DNA of 64,000 bases from a virus: the IMG/VR virus record IMGVR_UViG_3300036832_000455, positions 3,274-67,273 of that record. One strand, written 5' to 3'. Positions 10,047-18,410 of this stretch are shown in pieces. Positions within the stretch are counted from its first letter, which is position 1. The number at the start of each line of letters is the position of its first letter. The notes below the pieces were generated by a model, which worked only from the letters and a program-made list of their open reading frames with translations, was not told where the DNA came from and did not search any database. A program made the position numbers and the translations under genes.

Positions 10047-10430
10047 TTACATGGACTCCTCGGTCTCTATCACGTAAAACCTGTCGCCGTCGTTGGCTGC
10101 TTTACCCTTACCGTTACGATACCGGATGATCCTTTGCTGTATCGGTTGAGATATCCACTGGTCCCACACTAGTAGTCCGTCGCTGTGTGCGGCTATCAGG
10201 ATCGCTGCGTGAGATTTGCCCATGGTGTCATTCTCGTAACGGCCGTCCGGACTGAAAGTAGCGATTGCAGTGCCAGGTGCGTGGGGTTGAGCATGACCAC
10301 GCACCTGAACACCACGCCGCCAATATTCGGTAGGCGGCGCACCCGTTACTTCACGAACATACTCGACACAGTGACCGTCACCGATCACACTCCCTTTGTG
10401 CCGTTCATGTCCTGACGCAACGAATGTCAT
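10047..10430 (-). CDS. BPSL0067/Tae2-family peptidoglycan amidase, probable endolysin
   Basis: GHCVEYV...WRRG..VRG...PGTAIATF...GRY...SHAAI...VWDQW...NDGDRFYVIE pattern with catalytic Cys/His. Confidence 0.75.
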   Translation of the reverse strand: MTFVASGHERHKGSVIGDGHCVEYVREVTGAPPTEYWRRGVQVRGHAQPHAPGTAIATFSPDGRYENDTMGKSHAAILIAAHSDGLLVWDQWISQPIQQRIIRYRNGKGKAANDGDRFYVIETEESM

Positions 10431-10615
10431 CAGTTGTTACCGCTTTCACGCTCGCCTTCGATGCGTGAGAGGATCTGTGTACAGAGCATAACCAACTTCT
10501 GCAGCTCGCCCTCCATACGGCGCAGTCTTTCGTCAGCAGGTAGAACTTCCTTGTCAGCGCTCATCGTGGCGCCTTTTTGGTCTCTCGGCTCTACAGCCTG
10601 TCCCTGTTCACTCAT
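10430..10615 (-). CDS. small coiled-coil hypothetical protein
   Basis: MSEQGQ...ERLRRMEGELQKL; TGATG overlap with the amidase start. Confidence 0.45.
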   Translation of the reverse strand: MSEQGQAVEPRDQKGATMSADKEVLPADERLRRMEGELQKLVMLCTQILSRIEGERESGNN

Positions 10616-10620
10616 GGCGA

Positions 10621-10821
10621 CTACTTCTTGCAGTTCTCTAAAAGGTTCTCTACAAGGTGCATCAGCACCCTCTCGCGCGATGCGTTCTGCTCCCACTGCA
10701 CGAACAGGAACGCGACGTTGAGAATTACTAGCATGAGGAGCCCTGGAGGCGTCACGGTGATAGCCGTACGCCCCAGGGCAGTTAGCGAGGATATTATCCC
10801 TCGTTGCTCCTCATTCGTCAA
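10621..10821 (-). CDS. small single-TM protein (holin-like)
   Basis: TTG start 8 nt after AGGAG; TM segment GLLMLVILNVAFLFV; upstream of the amidase. Confidence 0.45.
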   Translation of the reverse strand: MTNEEQRGIISSLTALGRTAITVTPPGLLMLVILNVAFLFVQWEQNASRERVLMHLVENLLENCKK

Positions 10822-10838
10822 ACATCTTACTCCTTTCG

Positions 10839-11696
10839 TTAGCCCCGTCTTGATGGAACCGGGTGCGGCACGTTCGGCACACCGATGACGATCCAGCCCG
10901 TCCGCAGTGTCCAGCCGACCTTCCATTCGACTAGTGGCTCGTCGTCTGTTCCGCTGCCGTCAGGCGGGAAGTAGATCGGATGCTCAGGATGCGGCAGTGG
11001 AGCGCCACCCCAGATGCCCAACGGTGGAACTGGAGGTAGGACAATGGGATGAGCCGGAACTCCAGGCTCGATTGCATCCGGTGGGATCACGATTGGATGC
11101 GCAGGAAAGACTGGCGGCAGGTAGATCGGATGAGACGGAACCCCAGGGCCGATGCTACCCGGCGGGATGACGATCGGATGTGCCGGGAACACAGGAATGA
11201 AGATCGGATGTGCTGGCACACCAGGACCAATCGCATCCGGAGGGATGACAATCGGGTGAGCCGGGTGGCCAGGCGACGGCCAGATCTCCACCGGTGGCGG
11301 TAGGACGATCGGATGCTCCGGTACCAACGGCGGACCAGGATCGATTGCACCTGGCGGAATCACGATCGGATGAGCCGGGATCGGAGGAGGAAGCACGATA
11401 GGATGCGACGGTACTCCCGGTCCGATCGCATCAGGCGGGATCACAATAGGATGCGCCGGGAAGATCGGGATGTAGATTGGGTGAGTAGGCACCCCCGGTG
11501 CGATGGCATCCGGAGGGATGACAATCGGATGCTCGGGGTGAGGCTGTGGGCCAGGAAGGCCGATGTCTACGTATTCAGGTGGTCTTCCGCCCCAGAACCC
11601 AGGCGGCTTCTCGCCACCACTGGGCGGAATGATCGGACCACCACCGACCTCTGGCAGATAGACCGTACCTTTGAAGACAACGTCGTACTGAGCCAT
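10839..11696 (-). CDS. proline-rich repeat protein (13 x PxHPIxxP)
   Basis: direct reading of repeats; AGGA SD-like sequence upstream; non-repetitive N- and C-terminal caps. Confidence 0.7.
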   Translation of the reverse strand: MAQYDVVFKGTVYLPEVGGGPIIPPSGGEKPPGFWGGRPPEYVDIGLPGPQPHPEHPIVIPPDAIAPGVPTHPIYIPIFPAHPIVIPPDAIGPGVPSHPIVLPPPIPAHPIVIPPGAIDPGPPLVPEHPIVLPPPVEIWPSPGHPAHPIVIPPDAIGPGVPAHPIFIPVFPAHPIVIPPGSIGPGVPSHPIYLPPVFPAHPIVIPPDAIEPGVPAHPIVLPPVPPLGIWGGAPLPHPEHPIYFPPDGSGTDDEPLVEWKVGWTLRTGWIVIGVPNVPHPVPSRRG

Positions 11697-11720
11697 TTCA
11701 GGAGTCCTTTCGGTTCTGTA

Positions 11721-11939
11721 TCAAGTGTGACCAAGATTTCGCACGATCAGCCCTCCCATCGGATCGCACACCAGATCCTCTAGGCTTTCACTGAAGGCTT
11801 CGAACTCGTGGACGTTCAGTGGCCGTCCGTCTTTGAAGGCTTCTCTCATGGCGTGCCATGCCTTCAATCCAGTAACGTTACCTGCAAGCGCCGCATCAAC
11901 TACTGTGACTACTTGCCACGTACATACAAGACCGTGCAC
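11721..11939 (-). CDS. hypothetical protein
   Basis: fills the gap between terL and the Pro-rich gene; start uncertain. Confidence 0.35.
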   Translation of the reverse strand: MHGLVCTWQVVTVVDAALAGNVTGLKAWHAMREAFKDGRPLNVHEFEAFSESLEDLVCDPMGGLIVRNLGHT

Positions 11940-11940
11940 G

Positions 11941-13956
11941 TTAGGACCTAATGATCCCATGAGAAACACCACTACTCCCATGGCCTCTATCCATGTACGG
12001 TCCGCGAATTGTGGTACGAGCCCGCTCGCGTGCAATCTCCTCTGCATGTTTCAGTTCGTCTCTGTAGAAGTGAAGGAAACCTTGACCCGCTACGTTCGGC
12101 TGTGCGAACGCATTGATCACAGCGTCACCCTTATCGGGGGAGCGACCAAGTCGCTCCTTCACCTTCTTCTTGTCTTCTACCTGAATGCCTCTAACAGTGA
12201 GAGCCCACCTAGGAGCAGCAAGATCAGCAGCCAACTCACTATCTGGGGGTATAGCGATCTCCAGGCCAAGTGAAGGATCCAATGCCTCTCTGAAAAGCCA
12301 GAACCATTCCGAGCGCGCATTGGTGAAACTCAAGGTCCCCGATCGATCCGTCGCGATGGACTTATCTGCCCCGTTCATTGCCACAACGTCGATGCCCGCG
12401 AGCTTCCCGACGTCGACCGGTGAGGATCCGACCCCAACGACGTCGATCTTGACTCGCCAGTCAGCGTACCCGAATTCTCTGACCTTTGCAATGACAGCCG
12501 GACCATCAGGAGTGTCAACGCCAGGTACAAGCTTAAGAGTAGCAAACCAACTGCCACGTCTCTCGCTAAAGACCGTCTTATCACGGCCCCCACGAGACAC
12601 GTCAACCCCCACATCCCTAGAACCAGGAAGATCGGCGCTAAAACCCTTAGTAATGTCCAGATTGCCGTAGACATTGTAGTTCAGCTTCTTCTGGTCATCA
12701 CTCAGCAAGACAGACGTGTCTACACCAACTCCTGCCTGCTGGAAAAACTCGTCCAAGGTTCTCGGCTGAGCCTTTGGGATGTTAAGGTCAGGTAAGTCGT
12801 CCGGCTTCAGCTCTCGCTTCGGTTCGCTCGGTTCCTCGAGTTTGGGCTCTTCTACTATTGTGTTATTATTGTTAGAATGCCCCTTAACGGCGGAAGAAAC
12901 AGATCCAGATCCGCGGAGCGGTCCGGAGAGGGGGGACGAGCTCCCAACGGCGTTTGTTGGATCCGATGGGTTTATTGCGGCTTTTCTACTGATCAGCTTG
13001 AGAAGGTACTGTTCATAAGTAGGAGCCCAGCGACTCTGCGCAGCAAGGATCCAAGCCGTTGGGATCACTTGCCAACGATCGTCATCTTCGCCGATCCCAA
13101 AGTCGCCTTGCAGCATTCGAGAGCGCAGAGGCTCGGGCAGCGCCTGCAGGATGCTTATGTATCCTGAGGACATCAGGAAGGGATTATCCTGAATGCGGGC
13201 GCGAATGAAAGTCCGGCTTCGGGGGAAGATCTCGGTCTCCTGACCGTTGATCTCCATGTATATAGGGTCGGGCGAGCTAACTTCCATATCATCACCGTCA
13301 CTATTGGTGATGAACCACCTCAACTCCCCGGGAAGGGCGGGATCGGGGTGGCTCGGATTTAGCCAGGGCGCCCAATAGTCAGCGACCCATTGTCCTTCAG
13401 CCGTAGTTGGCGGGTTGCCGCACGCTATGACTCTAGTGCGATAAAACTTGCCTGTGGAGGGGTCTATCTTGGTAGTACGGTTCCATCCGGTGAGGAACTT
13501 GTACTGCCGCTTCGTGAAGTGGGTGACTTCGTCGAAGCCCTTGAGGTCGTGAGGTCGTCCCTGGTACTTCTGCTCATCGCCCTCAAACTGGCAAGCACCG
13601 AATTCAATCGTGCGACCGTCCTTGAATCTCCAAGTCCAGTCCGAGCCATTGTACTTGCCGATGTCATAGTAGAGCTCGTTGCTCCTATCCTTGATGCCCT
13701 TCAGCTGTTGGAACTCTCGGCGGAACACGATAGTGCGCCAATGGTTCTGTAGTCCGGTTCCGAGGAGCAGGTCGGTTTTACCTCCCCCAGCGGCCCCGCC
13801 ATAGAAGAGCTCATCAGCTTCGCTCGAGAAGGCTGCTGACTGTGGACCGGGCAGTGGTGTCCACACGGGTACTTCAATGTCGCTCAACAGTCCGTCGAGC
13901 TCAGCGAGCTCGGCTGGCGTGAGATGTTGGAGCAGCTGACTGAGTTCGCTGGCCAT
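11941..13956 (-). CDS. terL: terminase large subunit
   Basis: Walker A YGGAAGGGKT, Walker B GFDEVTHF, GNPP motif, nuclease GVDVSRGGRD and RSPDKGDA. Confidence 0.92.
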   Translation of the reverse strand: MASELSQLLQHLTPAELAELDGLLSDIEVPVWTPLPGPQSAAFSSEADELFYGGAAGGGKTDLLLGTGLQNHWRTIVFRREFQQLKGIKDRSNELYYDIGKYNGSDWTWRFKDGRTIEFGACQFEGDEQKYQGRPHDLKGFDEVTHFTKRQYKFLTGWNRTTKIDPSTGKFYRTRVIACGNPPTTAEGQWVADYWAPWLNPSHPDPALPGELRWFITNSDGDDMEVSSPDPIYMEINGQETEIFPRSRTFIRARIQDNPFLMSSGYISILQALPEPLRSRMLQGDFGIGEDDDRWQVIPTAWILAAQSRWAPTYEQYLLKLISRKAAINPSDPTNAVGSSSPLSGPLRGSGSVSSAVKGHSNNNNTIVEEPKLEEPSEPKRELKPDDLPDLNIPKAQPRTLDEFFQQAGVGVDTSVLLSDDQKKLNYNVYGNLDITKGFSADLPGSRDVGVDVSRGGRDKTVFSERRGSWFATLKLVPGVDTPDGPAVIAKVREFGYADWRVKIDVVGVGSSPVDVGKLAGIDVVAMNGADKSIATDRSGTLSFTNARSEWFWLFREALDPSLGLEIAIPPDSELAADLAAPRWALTVRGIQVEDKKKVKERLGRSPDKGDAVINAFAQPNVAGQGFLHFYRDELKHAEEIARERARTTIRGPYMDRGHGSSGVSHGIIRS

Positions 13957-15431
13957 TATTCATTACCAGCTTTGCGACTTCTCGCCTTGTCAAGCAAGAT
14001 AGCTAGCCTGCGTGAACGATCAGCTGCGCTCAGCTGCTCGCGGTTGTTTTCAGGGTTGGGCCCCCGCGCGTCCTCTTCACCTCTAACAGACTTGCCAGTG
14101 GTGGACTTTGGAGAGAGGGAGGGAGAACGAGACGCCAGATACTTAACGTTCTCCTGAAGGGTGTGATTTGGCGTGATGCTAGTCGGGTGTAACCCGATGC
14201 TTACCCGTTGTAGCTGGGTCGTTAGCTTCAGGGCTTCTAGAGCGGTCTTCGGGGTAAGCTCCTTCCAGAAGCGCGGCTCGTCATCGTCGTCCAAGAAGTA
14301 TGGCTTGAAGTTAGGATCACTGCGGTCTGGATTGATGAACGCGAGCAGTTTGCTATATAGTTTTTGGCTGTCAGTGAAGTGAGTGTTCTGAAGAGTCAGA
14401 GCCAACATCTCTCGGGACTTGCGGATCGAGTCGATGTAGAACAAGTCGTGCGACTTGGCACGGAAATCCCAGTGGTACAGGTAGAACCACTCGACAATCT
14501 CGTCGTGAGTTGCGCTGTTGATGATCTCTATCTGGTTACCGTTCGTGTCGCTCGGGATAAAACCAGAGCCCTCTAGAGGGCCCATATACTCAGCTCGATC
14601 GCTACGCCCGCCCGGCTGTACATTCGGCAACCATGAGGTACCGCTTTGTTGCTCGTGGAGTTTGGTCTGATGAGTATGCTGTGCGCGCGATGCTGCGATT
14701 CGTTGCTGCATGTGCGTACTGTTAGCGAGGGTAAAGATTTGCCTGTTGCCCTGAGTACCCTGCTCGATGTACGCCTGGAACGCAATGTAGGCATCAATCG
14801 GCTCACAAGGCAGCTTCTGCCAGAAGGGCTGCCCTTCGTCCGTCATTGGGTACCCCTCGTCATACGATAAGGGGGAGTAGGCTTTCTGTAGGGCGGCGTG
14901 ATTGAGGATCAGCTGAGGGATGCGATAGTCCTCAGAGATCGTCGTCGTTTGTTGATCGTTATGTGTTATGTCCTTGACGATGTCCCCTTCGGGTAATTCA
15001 GTCTGAAGCCGCGCAGCTGTTGGCCGCTCTTGTGAGTCCGGTGAAGGCTCGCCTCCTTGACCCCCTCGTGCATCGGTTTGCTGCCGCTCGAGCTGCCCGA
15101 CTTTGTCGACGCTGATGTCCTCATGCCTCTGGTCCCCCGGCTTCCTCTGGTTCCTCGAGACATTTTGGGCCTCTTGTGAGTGTGTGGCTGTGTAGTTACT
15201 GAGGGCCTCTTCTAGGCTTGAGGAGTTTGTGAGCTGTTGGAGTTCTTGGGGTGTGAGTGGGGGTTGGGTCCCCTTGTAGATCGTGCTTGGGTCAATGAGA
15301 TCCGCCCTGTAGTACCCCTCGGGTAACTGTAGTTGGTTGATAGGCAGATAGCTTTGAGCAGCCCTCATGATCTGCGCTTTAGAGGGCAGTGATTGAGCTG
15401 AGAGGTCTGAGCGGTTAGGACCAATTGACAT
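13956..15431 (-). CDS. putative terminase small subunit-like protein (unusually large)
   Basis: directly upstream of and overlapping terL; WQKLPCE..DAYIAFQAY and W..RAK..D segments resemble TerS-like proteins. Confidence 0.5.
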   Translation of the reverse strand: MSIGPNRSDLSAQSLPSKAQIMRAAQSYLPINQLQLPEGYYRADLIDPSTIYKGTQPPLTPQELQQLTNSSSLEEALSNYTATHSQEAQNVSRNQRKPGDQRHEDISVDKVGQLERQQTDARGGQGGEPSPDSQERPTAARLQTELPEGDIVKDITHNDQQTTTISEDYRIPQLILNHAALQKAYSPLSYDEGYPMTDEGQPFWQKLPCEPIDAYIAFQAYIEQGTQGNRQIFTLANSTHMQQRIAASRAQHTHQTKLHEQQSGTSWLPNVQPGGRSDRAEYMGPLEGSGFIPSDTNGNQIEIINSATHDEIVEWFYLYHWDFRAKSHDLFYIDSIRKSREMLALTLQNTHFTDSQKLYSKLLAFINPDRSDPNFKPYFLDDDDEPRFWKELTPKTALEALKLTTQLQRVSIGLHPTSITPNHTLQENVKYLASRSPSLSPKSTTGKSVRGEEDARGPNPENNREQLSAADRSRRLAILLDKARSRKAGNE

Positions 15432-15469
15432 GTAGACTTTGGGCCTTAGTAGCTTTATGGCATATGTGG

Positions 15470-15510
15470 ATTATATAGTATGCACTAATGGTCAATCAAG
15501 ATGTCCAAAT
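15470..15510 (-). promoter_or_regulatory. sigma70-like promoter for the terS/terL (morphogenesis) operon
   Basis: minus strand ATTTGGACATC-TTGATT-N18-TATAAT, same architecture as the ten plus-strand promoters. Confidence 0.7.
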
Positions 15511-15526
15511 ATTAAATCTTGTTAAT
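15511..15526. promoter_or_regulatory. 16-bp near-palindromic operator copy 1
   Basis: ATTAACAAGATTTAAT read on the minus strand. Confidence 0.55.
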
Positions 15527-15635
15527 AAGCCCCCTTGGCTGTGCCTCGCCTTTTGGTTGTGCAGTTGCCTTTTTGGTAAAATCACCCAGGCGCGGCATTT
15601 TCAGATAAAAACGATCGCTCTTTTAACAGAAAATT

Positions 15636-15651
15636 ATTAACAAATATTAAT
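15636..15651. promoter_or_regulatory. 16-bp near-palindromic operator copy 2
   Basis: ATTAACAAATATTAAT upstream of HTH cassette 1. Confidence 0.55.
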
Positions 15652-15741
15652 AATTTAATTGGGGTTTATGACCACCGAGTTGTGTATATTAATATTTGTA
15701 ATTAGGAAATAGTTCTTAATTACGTAGTGGAGAATATCAAA

Positions 15742-15936
15742 ATGGATTACAACATCGATTATGAGATCCCCGTAACCGAAAAGGACGTGAATCTCGAAAT
15801 TGGAAATTTGACCACGATGAGTTCAAAAATTCGATATCTTTCAGAAAAAGGTTATACCCGTTCCCAAATTGCAAAACAGTTAAATATTCGGTATCAGTGG
15901 GTCAGAAATGTTCTGATCACACCAATAAAGAAGTAA
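15742..15936 (+). CDS. small HTH-like DNA-binding protein, paralog 1 (64 aa)
   Basis: SSKIRYLSEKGYTRSQIAKQLNIRYQWVRNVL; GGAG SD; own terminator. Confidence 0.75.
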   Translation: MDYNIDYEIPVTEKDVNLEIGNLTTMSSKIRYLSEKGYTRSQIAKQLNIRYQWVRNVLITPIKK

Positions 15937-15939
15937 AGG

Positions 15940-15976
15940 AAAGGGGGACCCCAAATAAGGGGTCCCCTTTACTTTT
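15940..15976 (+). terminator. intrinsic terminator
   Basis: GGGGACCCC-AAATAA-GGGGTCCCC-TTTACTTTT. Confidence 0.8.
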
Positions 15977-16159
15977 GTTATGTTATTCTCTTTTTTGAGA
16001 TTGCCCAGGCGACCCCCTAGGTTGCGGGGCGACCCGCCGGACCGAGCGGGGACCCGCCGCCCAGGCTTTTAAGCCTAACCGGGGGACCGGTATAGCCCAC
16101 CCCGCGGGGTGCGACATGAAATAACGTTCATGAACGATTGTTCATATAATACCTGAAAC

Positions 16160-16204
16160 ATTAACAATTGTTAACTTGCGATTTGCAGGGGGATGTATTA
16201 TATT
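16160..16204 (+). promoter_or_regulatory. operator copy 3 abutting promoter of HTH cassette 2
   Basis: ATTAACAATTGTTAAC followed directly by TTGCGA-N17-TATATT. Confidence 0.55.
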
Positions 16205-16248
16205 ATAGTTGTAATGAGATGATTCATTACAGGCAGAAAGGTACTAAA

Positions 16249-16443
16249 ATGTCTTACGAAGTCAATTACGAGATCCCCGTCACCGCCGCGAGCGTTGGGG
16301 AGGAAATCGCCGCCCTTTCCACAACAAGCGCCAAAATCCGCTACCTTGCGCAAAAAGGGTACAACCGCGCGCAAATCGCGCGTACCCTCAACATTCGTTA
16401 CCAGTGGGTCAGAAACGTGCTGATCACGCCCGTAAAGGGCTAA
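16249..16443 (+). CDS. small HTH-like DNA-binding protein, paralog 2 (64 aa)
   Basis: 42/64 identical to paralog 1 by manual alignment. Confidence 0.75.
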   Translation: MSYEVNYEIPVTAASVGEEIAALSTTSAKIRYLAQKGYNRAQIARTLNIRYQWVRNVLITPVKG

Positions 16444-16444
16444 A

Positions 16445-16480
16445 AGGAGAAGGGGCGCCGAAAGGCGCCCTTTTCTCTTT
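16445..16480 (+). terminator. intrinsic terminator
   Basis: GGGCGCC-GAAA-GGCGCCC-TTTTCTCTTT. Confidence 0.8.
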
Positions 16481-16637
16481 CCTGAGAATGCCCGGGCCCG
16501 AAAGGGCCCGGTTCTTTTTGCCCCGGCCCTTTTGGGCCGGGCTTTTTGGGCCCATGGGCCATTTGGGGCCCGGTTGGGACCGTTCCGGGACCGTTCCGGC
16601 CCGGGCGGGCGGGCGCGGAGCGCCCCGGAGGGGACCG

Positions 16638-16713
16638 GTCCGCCTCGGACGCCAAAATTTGGCGCCCATGGTTGACCGCTACAGATCCTGTACCCAAATC
16701 GAGCAGACTGTTG
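16638..16713. repeat. 76-bp tripartite repeat copy 1
   Basis: GTCCGCCTCGGA-N17-CATGGT-N21-CCAAATCGAGCAGACTG. Confidence 0.8.
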
Positions 16714-16801
16714 AGGCCCGACCAAAGGGAGGCCCGGTCGGGACCGGTCAACGCGTCCGCCTTTTGGACTAGGCGCGCTTTACCATCTCAGTTAAGGCCC
16801 G

Positions 16802-16877
16802 GTCCGCCTCGGAGCGCGCAAATCCAAATCCATGGTTGGCCCGTGCAGGACCTAGACCCAAATCGAGCAGACTGTTG
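16802..16877. repeat. 76-bp tripartite repeat copy 2
   Basis: same three blocks at identical offsets (0, 29, 56). Confidence 0.8.
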
Positions 16878-16913
16878 GACCAGTTAAAACCACCGTAAGA
16901 CCGTTTGCTAATT

Positions 16914-16959
16914 ATTAACAATTATTAATTTGTAGTCCCACAGGACAATCTATTATAAT
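16914..16959 (+). promoter_or_regulatory. operator copy 4 abutting promoter of HTH cassette 3
   Basis: ATTAACAATTATTAAT followed directly by TTGTAG-N18-TATAAT. Confidence 0.6.
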
Positions 16960-17016
16960 ATATTTGTACAATGAGAAATGGTTCTTATTGGACAAAGTAA
17001 GTAAAGGACAAAGACC

Positions 17017-17325
17017 ATGACTAAGAACAACACCGCGACCGTCGACGAGGTCATCGAGCCGGTACTGACGCTGGAGCAGCAGGAGGCCATCCAGTTGGCC
17101 GTAGAGCTGGAGGTCCACACCGCTCCGCCACAGAGCGACGTCCACGGTATCGTCTGGAGCGAGACCATGAACACGTCCCAGAAGATCAAGTCGCTCGCGC
17201 GGATGGGCCACAAGAACGCTTCGATCCAGAAGATCCTGAACCCCTGGTACGAACAGAAGAACGGACGGGCGCTCCGCTACCAACACGTGCGTAACGTCCT
17301 GACTCAGACCTACAAGAAGGACTGA
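17017..17325 (+). CDS. HTH-like protein, paralog 3
   Basis: TSQKIKSLARMGHKNASIQKILN...LRYQHVRNVL. Confidence 0.7.
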   Translation: MTKNNTATVDEVIEPVLTLEQQEAIQLAVELEVHTAPPQSDVHGIVWSETMNTSQKIKSLARMGHKNASIQKILNPWYEQKNGRALRYQHVRNVLTQTYKKD

Positions 17326-17329
17326 GACT

Positions 17330-17362
17330 AAGAACGGGGGGTCGCAAGACCCCCCTATTCTT
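17330..17362 (+). terminator. stem-loop/terminator
   Basis: GGGGGGTC-GCAA-GACCCCCC-TATTCTT. Confidence 0.65.
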
Positions 17363-17488
17363 GACCCGCCTAAGGAGCATTGTAATGGCACAACAGTTCA
17401 TCGACCTCTATCCGGACTTTATCAATCAGTTCGGACTCATCGGGTGCGGGCTCTTTACCGCCTGGATCCTAACCGTCCTGACTAGCCT

Positions 17489-17689
17489 ATGGACAGTCTG
17501 GAGTATCCGGTAATGTCCCACGCGTTCACGTTGGCCAAGAAAGACTTGGAACAACTGTTCAGACTGTACACGCTGTCCGCCCTCGAACATGAGGACGATG
17601 ACAGCCTCAACGATCCGGACGAGGAGATGCGCCTTAAGGACTTCCTGTATTGGGCAGGACACCGTAAGAACCTTCCAATGGCCGAGTAG
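17489..17689 (+). CDS. small acidic hypothetical protein
   Basis: 66-aa ORF followed by a terminator. Confidence 0.45.
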   Translation: MDSLEYPVMSHAFTLAKKDLEQLFRLYTLSALEHEDDDSLNDPDEEMRLKDFLYWAGHRKNLPMAE

Positions 17690-17706
17690 TCCGACCAGAA
17701 CTAACT

Positions 17707-17733
17707 AGGGCGCCGCAAGGCGCCCTTTCTTTT
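17707..17733 (+). terminator. intrinsic terminator
   Basis: AGGGCGCC-GCAA-GGCGCCCT-TTCTTTT. Confidence 0.8.
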
Positions 17734-17793
17734 ACTGCCCCCGGACCGGGCAGGACCGGTCGGGCATTCAAGACCTGTTGTCGAGGAGGAATA

Positions 17794-17869
17794 GTCCGCC
17801 TCGGACGCCTGATTCTGAATTGCATGGTCCAGCTGGACCGGTCGTAGGACCAAATCGAGCAGACTGATG
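17794..17869. repeat. 76-bp tripartite repeat copy 3
   Basis: same three blocks at identical offsets. Confidence 0.8.
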
Positions 17870-18076
17870 CCACGACCGAGGGGACCAGTTGATCCTCACC
17901 GACAACTTCGAACCAGTTCTACGCGGATCAGTCAAAATGTGGGACCGGCCTAACCTGTTACACATTTCGGTCTGCAACTTTAGGAGACCAACGAGGACGG
18001 AGACCGGTTGAATTGGTCGCCCGTTCCTTTGTGTGCCTAGTGGATCCTTTTGGGAACTACAAGGCAATTACTAAGC

Positions 18077-18310
18077 GTTCCTTTTGTTAACTCGTTGAAA
18101 TCATTGATCAAGTGGGAAAAGTAGATATAACTGAGTCTACTTTCTCTTATACCTAATATTCTATATACCCTACCCTTACCATACCATTCCTTACCTGACA
18201 TGTCCTGAATCAATTCCGAAATTGCCTACTAGTTTCTCAAATGATAATTTATGTCATATATATCCACTCTATCCACTAGTTAATAAAATCAACGAGTTAT
18301 AAAATGGAAC
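18077..18310. other. AT-rich non-coding element bounded by 22-bp imperfect inverted repeats (candidate origin)
   Basis: GTTCCTTTTGTTAACTCGTTGA ... TCAACGAGTTATAAAATGGAAC; internal TATCCACT x2. Confidence 0.4.
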
Positions 18311-18410
18311 AACTAGAAATACCAATAGTTAACCTACAAAAGACCACTAAGGACCCGCCCTGAAATTTCGGCAATTGCGACCGGTCCGTACAAGCACATA
18401 GTAAAAAGAT

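Noticed and set aside
12625-13020. Intein in terL
   Set aside because: No N-terminal Cys/Ser block, no His-Asn end and no LAGLIDADG motifs.
16198-16887. Several overlapping G/P/R-rich ORFs on both strands
   Set aside because: Shadow ORFs of a GC-rich palindromic non-coding tract; no SD and low-complexity products.
15511-16929. TTAA...TTAA motifs as CtrA boxes
   Set aside because: Spacing is N6 in all four copies, whereas CtrA boxes are TTAA-N7-TTAA.
16638-17869. 76-bp repeats as a CRISPR or mini-array
   Set aside because: Copies are irregularly spaced (164 and 992 bp apart), tripartite, and interrupted by genes; no cas operon.
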